From the NCBI GenBank assembly GCA_041750285.1, contig JBGSZS010000002.1, positions 76,910 through 140,909 of the forward strand: DNA of 64,000 nucleotides, given 5' to 3'. Below are positions 56,529 to 64,000 of the stretch, piece after piece. Each line of letters starts with the position of its first letter. Position 1 is the first letter of the stretch. The notes beneath the pieces were generated by a model that saw nothing but the letters and a program-made list of their open reading frames with translations, was not told the DNA's origin and did not search any database. Source of the stretch: Candidatus Fermentibacteraceae bacterium. Its GTDB lineage: Bacteria; Fermentibacterota; Fermentibacteria; Fermentibacterales; JCC-6. The translations under genes were made by a program, and so were the position numbers.

Positions 56529-56924
56529 CTAATGCCATCGCAACCTTCTGACAATGGCGCAATGAACCTTCACCGCGAACTTTGGAACGTGAACCGCCCA
56601 CACTGCCCTTCGGCGCGGCGAGCCGTACTTCCGCCGTCTCAGTACACCGGTTACTACCGGCAGGTCATCGGATTGTTCCAGAAGCAGCGGAGCGTCCCTT
56701 CCCGAACGGTCCCCCGCGGTGAAAAGAAGAACGCGACCGTCTTTCTTAACGGTTCTCAGCACCCTGTGAACGATCGGTTCTCCCGATTCGTGACCGAGAA
56801 CCACGACCTGCCCTGGAAGGACTTCATGGACCGGCTGCCTCTCGGCCCTGAGAATGTCGCCGGGTATCAGGGCCGGCCACATCGAAAGCCCCCTCACGAA
56901 GCCCCTCAGTGTTTCCGCAGCCAT
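56529..56924 (-). CDS. S24/S26-family peptidase lacking a membrane anchor (putative leader peptidase)
   Basis: VRGLSMWPALIPGD, IVHRV, TAGD. Confidence 0.8.
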   Translation of the reverse strand: MAAETLRGFVRGLSMWPALIPGDILRAERQPVHEVLPGQVVVLGHESGEPIVHRVLRTVKKDGRVLLFTAGDRSGRDAPLLLEQSDDLPVVTGVLRRRKYGSPRRRAVWAVHVPKFAVKVHCAIVRRLRWH

Positions 56925-57433
56925 TTTCGGATCAGATGGTCCGGGTCATCCGCCCCTCTTCGCAGAACAACCGCTGGATGACTGTTGAACAGGCTTTCCG
57001 TGAAAGCCCTGGCAGCGGTCCCCACCTGGCGGGGAACCATGTCGAGGACCATCAGGGAGCCCGTCCTCTCAGCCCTGTAGAAGCCGTAGGATGGCGTGAC
57101 CGGGATAAGCGCAGGTGAACCCTTCTCAAGAAGTACGATCCCGGAGAGGACCGCCGGCCGGATGTCGAAGTCTCCCGTCTTCATCCTGTGCGCTCCGCAG
57201 GGAAGGGTCCTCACGACGCCGTCGGTGCCCCGGGCCACGACAACCGTGTCGTCTCCGATCAGGCGCCAGCCCAGCGTCGCCAGGTGATAGGCCACGGTTG
57301 TCTTTCCGCCGTTCGAGGGGGCCAGGAACAGGACGGACCTGTCTTCAAGGGCTGCGGCAGCTCCGTGAAAAAGGGCGCCGACGGGGCAGACCGCCATCAG
57401 TTGCGCCCGCAGCAGGGACCTTCGGTTATCCAT
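56906..57433 (-). CDS. HPr-kinase/PEPCK-like P-loop protein (ScmC-like)
   Basis: FHGAA..LFLAPSNGGKTT..IGDD; ATG at 57433 overlaps the upstream stop region. Confidence 0.75.
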   Translation of the reverse strand: MDNRRSLLRAQLMAVCPVGALFHGAAAALEDRSVLFLAPSNGGKTTVAYHLATLGWRLIGDDTVVVARGTDGVVRTLPCGAHRMKTGDFDIRPAVLSGIVLLEKGSPALIPVTPSYGFYRAERTGSLMVLDMVPRQVGTAARAFTESLFNSHPAVVLRRGADDPDHLIRKWLRKH

Positions 57434-58484
57434 GGGTTCTCGACTCGGGGAAGAGCCCCAGCCGGTCCGCCAGATCGCAGAACCTGTGGGGGGAGGCGAA
57501 GCTGCCCCCGACAGAGTAGTTCTCCATAACGCACTTGCCCAGGCATGAGTTCGAATGGACGCACCGGGAACAGATGCCCCGGTCATGCTCCCGAAGGTCC
57601 CTTCGAAGCTCGGCGAGGAGGGGGGAGTTTTCCCAGATGTCCTTCAGCCTCTTTTCGGGCCAGGTTCCCATCGCGAGCCGGGGCAGGCTGTAGGCTATTC
57701 CACAGAACGACACGGTACCGTCGGGAAGGATACCCAGAAGGTTGAGAACGGAGCATCTGCCAGTGGACGCGAGCCTGTTCACGGGGATGAAGGCATGCGG
57801 TGCGTCGGGTATCACGCAGGATGGATACTCGCTGAAGACCCATTGCAGGAACTCGATCGATTCCGAGATGTGATCGGGATCGGCGAAATGGGAGGACGCC
57901 CCCCTGCCCACCGGTGTGATCAGGTTGATCTTCAGCGAAGACACGCCGCTGCCCTCGAGAAAGGCCACCATGTCGGCCACGGCCTTCCTGTCCGGCCGGC
58001 TGACCGACATTATTACCTGCGGGTTTACGGAAGCCCCTGAAACAAGCCCGTTGATGAAGCCGACAGTTCTGCGCCATGAGCCTTCGACACCCCTGAACGC
58101 ATCATGGACACCCGGGCGGCTCGAATCGAGGCTGACCGACACCTGGTACGGGGGCATCTCCTCCAGCAGGCTGAAGAGCCCGGGATGTGTCACTGTGCCG
58201 TTGGTTTCGAATGCCACTTCCGGGAAGATGCCGTGGGCGATCCTGTAGAGGTCGGGAAAACGGGGATGGAGGAGGGGTTCGCCGCCGGTGAACTTTGCGA
58301 AGCGTGCTCCCATGTCCGCGGCTTCCCGCATGACCGCCTCCCACGAGGGCACATCCATGGACGAACCCGCCACTCCCTCGTTGACCCAGCAGTGGGCGCA
58401 GTGAAGGTTGCACCCCGGATATGGATTCAGGTAGATGTTGCTCAGTTCAGGGATCTGAGCTCTTCCACAAGGTTCCTCAGGCAA
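57426..58484 (-). CDS. Radical SAM/SPASM protein (ScmF-like); start uncertain
   Basis: GCNLHCAHCW, KFTGGEPLLHP, ETNG, HDAFRG; SPASM CSVLNLLGILPDG..C, CSRC..CLGKC..C. Confidence 0.88.
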   Translation of the reverse strand: MPEEPCGRAQIPELSNIYLNPYPGCNLHCAHCWVNEGVAGSSMDVPSWEAVMREAADMGARFAKFTGGEPLLHPRFPDLYRIAHGIFPEVAFETNGTVTHPGLFSLLEEMPPYQVSVSLDSSRPGVHDAFRGVEGSWRRTVGFINGLVSGASVNPQVIMSVSRPDRKAVADMVAFLEGSGVSSLKINLITPVGRGASSHFADPDHISESIEFLQWVFSEYPSCVIPDAPHAFIPVNRLASTGRCSVLNLLGILPDGTVSFCGIAYSLPRLAMGTWPEKRLKDIWENSPLLAELRRDLREHDRGICSRCVHSNSCLGKCVMENYSVGGSFASPHRFCDLADRLGLFPESRTHG

Positions 58485-59485
58485 GAAATTTCATCCCTTC
58501 CCGTTGGCTCGCCCCGCAGAAGGGGGTTGACCGGGCAACCGCCCGGGCAGACGTCAAGGTATTCACAAAGCCCGCAAAAGGGATTTTCATCCCTTCGAGC
58601 CGCCAGTAACGAAAGGAACCGGGCGGCTCCCTCCGATGCAATGATTGTGTTCAGGGTCTGGTCGGGCAGCCGTCCCAGTACGAAGTCATCGAGGTAGTCG
58701 CAGGGGATGACACTGCCGTCGGCCGCCACTGCGATCTTTCCGGTACAGCCCCCGCAACTGAAAGCCCTGCCGCCGGTTCGCTCAGTCCTCCCGTCAAGGG
58801 CGTCCTGCGCCATGCGGGTGAGGTCCGGAAGGGGACCGTATACGCGGGGGTCTCCCAGTTCCAGCAGGTCTCGTCCCGCCTTCACGAGACCAGCCAGGTC
58901 GCCGTGGAACCCGTCCGGAACGGCGCACTGGGCGGCGAGTACCGGTGTGAACTTGGCTCCGCCTACCCCCAGGTCATCGAGTGCGAACCTGGCCGTCTCG
59001 ATCACCCTGTCATGGTTCAATCTGGTGACCGTGCAGTTTATGATGACGGGAAGACCTGCCTGGACAGCCCGCCGAATGCCCGCAACAGCCCTCCTGAAAA
59101 CTCCCGCACCCCTGAGGGCATCGTGGGTTGCCGCGTCGGGACCGTCGAGCCCGGCCATTATCATGGCAAGCCTCGGACCGGCGCTTCCCAGCAACGCAGC
59201 CGTTTCGGTCGCAAGAAGAGTGGCGTTGGTGTTCAGCGAAAACCTGAAGGGCCTTTCGGCGATCAACCTCACGAAGTCCCCGAAATCCCGTCTTGCCAGG
59301 GGCTCGCCGCCTGACACGACGAGTTCCAGCACCTTCGCTTCCACCAGTCTGTCGAGGATCTTCTCCCATGTGGATAATGGAAGGTCTTCGCCCGGTGGTC
59401 TGACCCCGCAGTGGGTGCATGAGAGGTTGCAGCGCCCGGTGATGAGAACGGTGGCAGTTCTGGGAGCCAGAGTGACTTCCGTCAC
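58442..59485 (-). CDS. Radical SAM/SPASM protein (ScmE-like)
   Basis: APR..ITGRCNLSCTHC, SGGEP, HDALRG; SPASM CGG..ADGSVIPC, CGLCEYLDVCPGGC..C. Confidence 0.88.
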   Translation of the reverse strand: MTEVTLAPRTATVLITGRCNLSCTHCGVRPPGEDLPLSTWEKILDRLVEAKVLELVVSGGEPLARRDFGDFVRLIAERPFRFSLNTNATLLATETAALLGSAGPRLAMIMAGLDGPDAATHDALRGAGVFRRAVAGIRRAVQAGLPVIINCTVTRLNHDRVIETARFALDDLGVGGAKFTPVLAAQCAVPDGFHGDLAGLVKAGRDLLELGDPRVYGPLPDLTRMAQDALDGRTERTGGRAFSCGGCTGKIAVAADGSVIPCDYLDDFVLGRLPDQTLNTIIASEGAARFLSLLAARRDENPFCGLCEYLDVCPGGCPVNPLLRGEPTGRDEISCLRNLVEELRSLN

Positions 59486-59733
59486 TCAATGACTCCGTTT
59501 TGGCGAAGCTGGTCCAGGAAGTCGTCAAGGTCCCGCTCGATCCCGGGTTGTTCGGGGTAGCTTTCGCGCAGGCGGGCCAGGATGTCCTCCCTGGAAGAGC
59601 GTTCGTCGATCAACGAGCAGATCGCCACGGCGACTTCCTCCACTATCTGAAGGGCACCGCTGTTGACGTTGAACAGGATGCCGCCTTCTGGCTCCCGGCG
59701 AAACACAACACCAGTGGCGAATGAGAGTTTCAT
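59482..59733 (-). CDS. PqqD-family RiPP recognition element (ScmD-like)
   Basis: 83 aa: VVFRREPEGGILFN..G..AICSLID..ILARL..Y..IERDLDDFLDQLRQNGVI. Confidence 0.88.
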   Translation of the reverse strand: MKLSFATGVVFRREPEGGILFNVNSGALQIVEEVAVAICSLIDERSSREDILARLRESYPEQPGIERDLDDFLDQLRQNGVIE

Positions 59734-59810
59734 CTGTTTCTCCCGGTGTCGAGGAACATTTGTGTTTTCCCTGCGTATTCGGTAATATACCCCCAACAGG
59801 GAGGGAAGGA

Positions 59811-60200
59811 ATGAGGATCAGCATCGCCTTTGCGTTTTGTCTTTCCTTTATCGCCATGGGATACGGGCTTTCCGAAGGCTCGTTCAACCTTCTCAACCCG
59901 CCCTCGTTCGGGGGTCAGGGTTTTCGGAACTTTCACAGCACTGCAAGCTTCAGCCTTGTATCGGGCTCGGGTGGATCCTGGGGCCAGGGCGCGTACGTGG
60001 GAACGATGAATTTCTCGCTGCATCCCAAGGTCACCGCGCTCGTCGACCTCGGCTACGCCCGCACCTTCGATTTCTCCGGCGGCGGGAACTTCGGCCACCT
60101 GCTCGGCGGGGTGCAGTTCCAGTGGAAACCCACCGACGGCAGCACCTTTGTCCTCCAGTACAACGGCGTGATACCCACGGGGCGTATCGAAGGGTTTTAG
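59811..60200 (+). CDS. Small exported beta-strand protein
   Basis: Signal peptide, alternating beta-strand pattern; upstream TTGTGT-17-TAATAT and GGAGGGAAGGA RBS. Confidence 0.7.
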   Translation: MRISIAFAFCLSFIAMGYGLSEGSFNLLNPPSFGGQGFRNFHSTASFSLVSGSGGSWGQGAYVGTMNFSLHPKVTALVDLGYARTFDFSGGGNFGHLLGGVQFQWKPTDGSTFVLQYNGVIPTGRIEGF

Positions 60201-61105
60201 GCACGCTACCCCTTCTTCTCGCACTGGCGGTCGGCACCCCCGCAGACTCGCTGTTTTCAAGGGGCGAGCTTTTGCCGGCCCTTCCCCTCTATGTGTCCGA
60301 ATACGGTCAGGATCCCACGGACTGGTGGGCCGCCTACAGGTCCTGCTGGATACTGAACCGTCTCGACCGCCCCGACTCCGCACTGGTCTGGGGGGGCAGG
60401 GCTCTCGGCCTGCGCCCCGGCAGTTCAGCCGTTCTCGGCGAGTTCCTGAGAGCGCACTCCGCCTCCCCCGACAGCGTGCTGAAGTACGGATACCTCGTTT
60501 CGGGCGGGGGTGTGTGCAGGTTCAGGCTGGCCCAGGCCGAACGGCGCCTGGGGCTTTCCGGTGAGCACAATGCCTACCTCCGGTCCGCCCTCTCCTCGGA
60601 AGACGATTCGGTGAGGGCCGATGCCGCTTGCTGGCTCAGCATGCTGCACCCCGACCGCTCCCTCGAGCTCATGGAACTGGCGGTCCTTCTCGCGCCGGAT
60701 GACGGGTTCTACCGTACGGTGCTTGCGGGCCTCTATGCTGAAGAGGGCATGCCTGACAGGGGATTCGAGGTCCTTGCCCCCCTGGCGCCCGAGGGTTGTT
60801 ACTACTGGCAGGCCGTCGCCCAATGCCATGAAGCTTCGGGAGAGGTGGAGCATGCCGCATCGGCCTACAGAAGGGCATTCCTTTCCCGGCAGAGCCCTGA
60901 CCTCGCGGCCGGTCTGGGCTGGTTTCTGTACCGTGCCGGACGCGACCTCGCAAGGTCGGACGATTGCCCGGGAGCGGTTTCCTACCTGCGGGAAGCGTCC
61001 GAACTCTGGCACCGCGACTCTTCGTGGGCAGTCGCTTCCGATTCCCTGCTCACGAGCATAAACGAGTTCCTGCGCCAGGAAAGTGGTTGGGAGAGATTAC
61101 ATTGA
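60197..61105 (+). CDS. Exported TPR-like protein (no canonical start codon at the apparent N-terminus)
   Basis: LGTLPLLLALAVG signal-like segment begins at the upstream stop; TPR-like helices follow. Confidence 0.6.
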   Translation, partial: LGTLPLLLALAVGTPADSLFSRGELLPALPLYVSEYGQDPTDWWAAYRSCWILNRLDRPDSALVWGGRALGLRPGSSAVLGEFLRAHSASPDSVLKYGYLVSGGGVCRFRLAQAERRLGLSGEHNAYLRSALSSEDDSVRADAACWLSMLHPDRSLELMELAVLLAPDDGFYRTVLAGLYAEEGMPDRGFEVLAPLAPEGCYYWQAVAQCHEASGEVEHAASAYRRAFLSRQSPDLAAGLGWFLYRAGRDLARSDDCPGAVSYLREASELWHRDSSWAVASDSLLTSINEFLRQESGWERLH

Positions 61106-61400
61106 AGAAAGGTCACTTCACAAGCCTCATGTGTTTGCTTATCTTCACCGCGGGATGCTCCGAACGGGTGCGTGACGACCTCTGGAGCCATTGCGTGTTC
61201 AGTGCCGCCGGCGCGGGGGCGCTGACGGCGTCCACGGGAGACTGCCTCGAAGGCGCGGCGGTGATGGTGGGAGTGGGCATCCTGAAAGAGGCTTACGATG
61301 CATTCCGGGGGTCGGGGTTCGGTCTCGACGACCTGGCTGCTGATATTGCGGGCGGCATCTTCGGCGCATTTGGCACCGGGATCGCCATGGAAGGATCATC

Positions 61401-61416
<16 letters not shown>
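61102..61416 (+). CDS. YfiM/DUF2279-like small lipoprotein
   Basis: Lipobox TAGC; H..FSA..G.LKEAYD..GSGF..DLAAD.AG. Confidence 0.65.

Positions 61417-64000
<2,584 letters not shown>

Noticed and set aside
56211..56981. 256-aa plus-strand ORF
   Set aside because: Overlaps the peptidase and precursor genes on the opposite strand, which have recognisable motifs and operon context

Overview
GC-rich bacterial chromosomal window, about 55 CDSs, with no rRNA, tRNA, CRISPR array or transposase that I can support. Several secreted proteins (FG-GAP propeller, C25 gingipain-like protease, agmatine/peptidylarginine deiminase) carry T9SS/FlgD-like C-terminal sorting domains, suggesting an FCB-superphylum anaerobe, possibly Ca. 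Fermentibacterota-like (inference only). Housekeeping content: comM/yifB, a second EF-G, alr, namZ, radC, mscS, lepB, ktrAB, fba, pyrC/K/D/F, rlpA, pdp, gspE/pilB, PBP1A and secA. Main points of interest: (1) a candidate secreted selenoprotein, with an in-frame UGA followed by Cys and a SECIS-like hairpin (706-1896); (2) the convergent neighbouring gingipain-like gene, split by a single in-frame UAG; (3) a compact SynChlorMet-like RiPP cassette (RRE, two rSAM/SPASM enzymes, P-loop kinase-like protein, S26 peptidase) with an easily missed precursor carrying three 12-residue CxxGxGP repeats (56237-59733); (4) a 12-kb cluster of unknown product combining a catechol-dehydroxylase-like molybdoenzyme, four radical SAM enzymes, two methyltransferases, a nucleotidyltransferase and a CDP-alcohol phosphotransferase; (5) an abrupt codon-usage switch inside secA near 62050-62100, indicating a chimeric assembly or recombination. 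All calls come from reading motifs by eye; no database searches were run.
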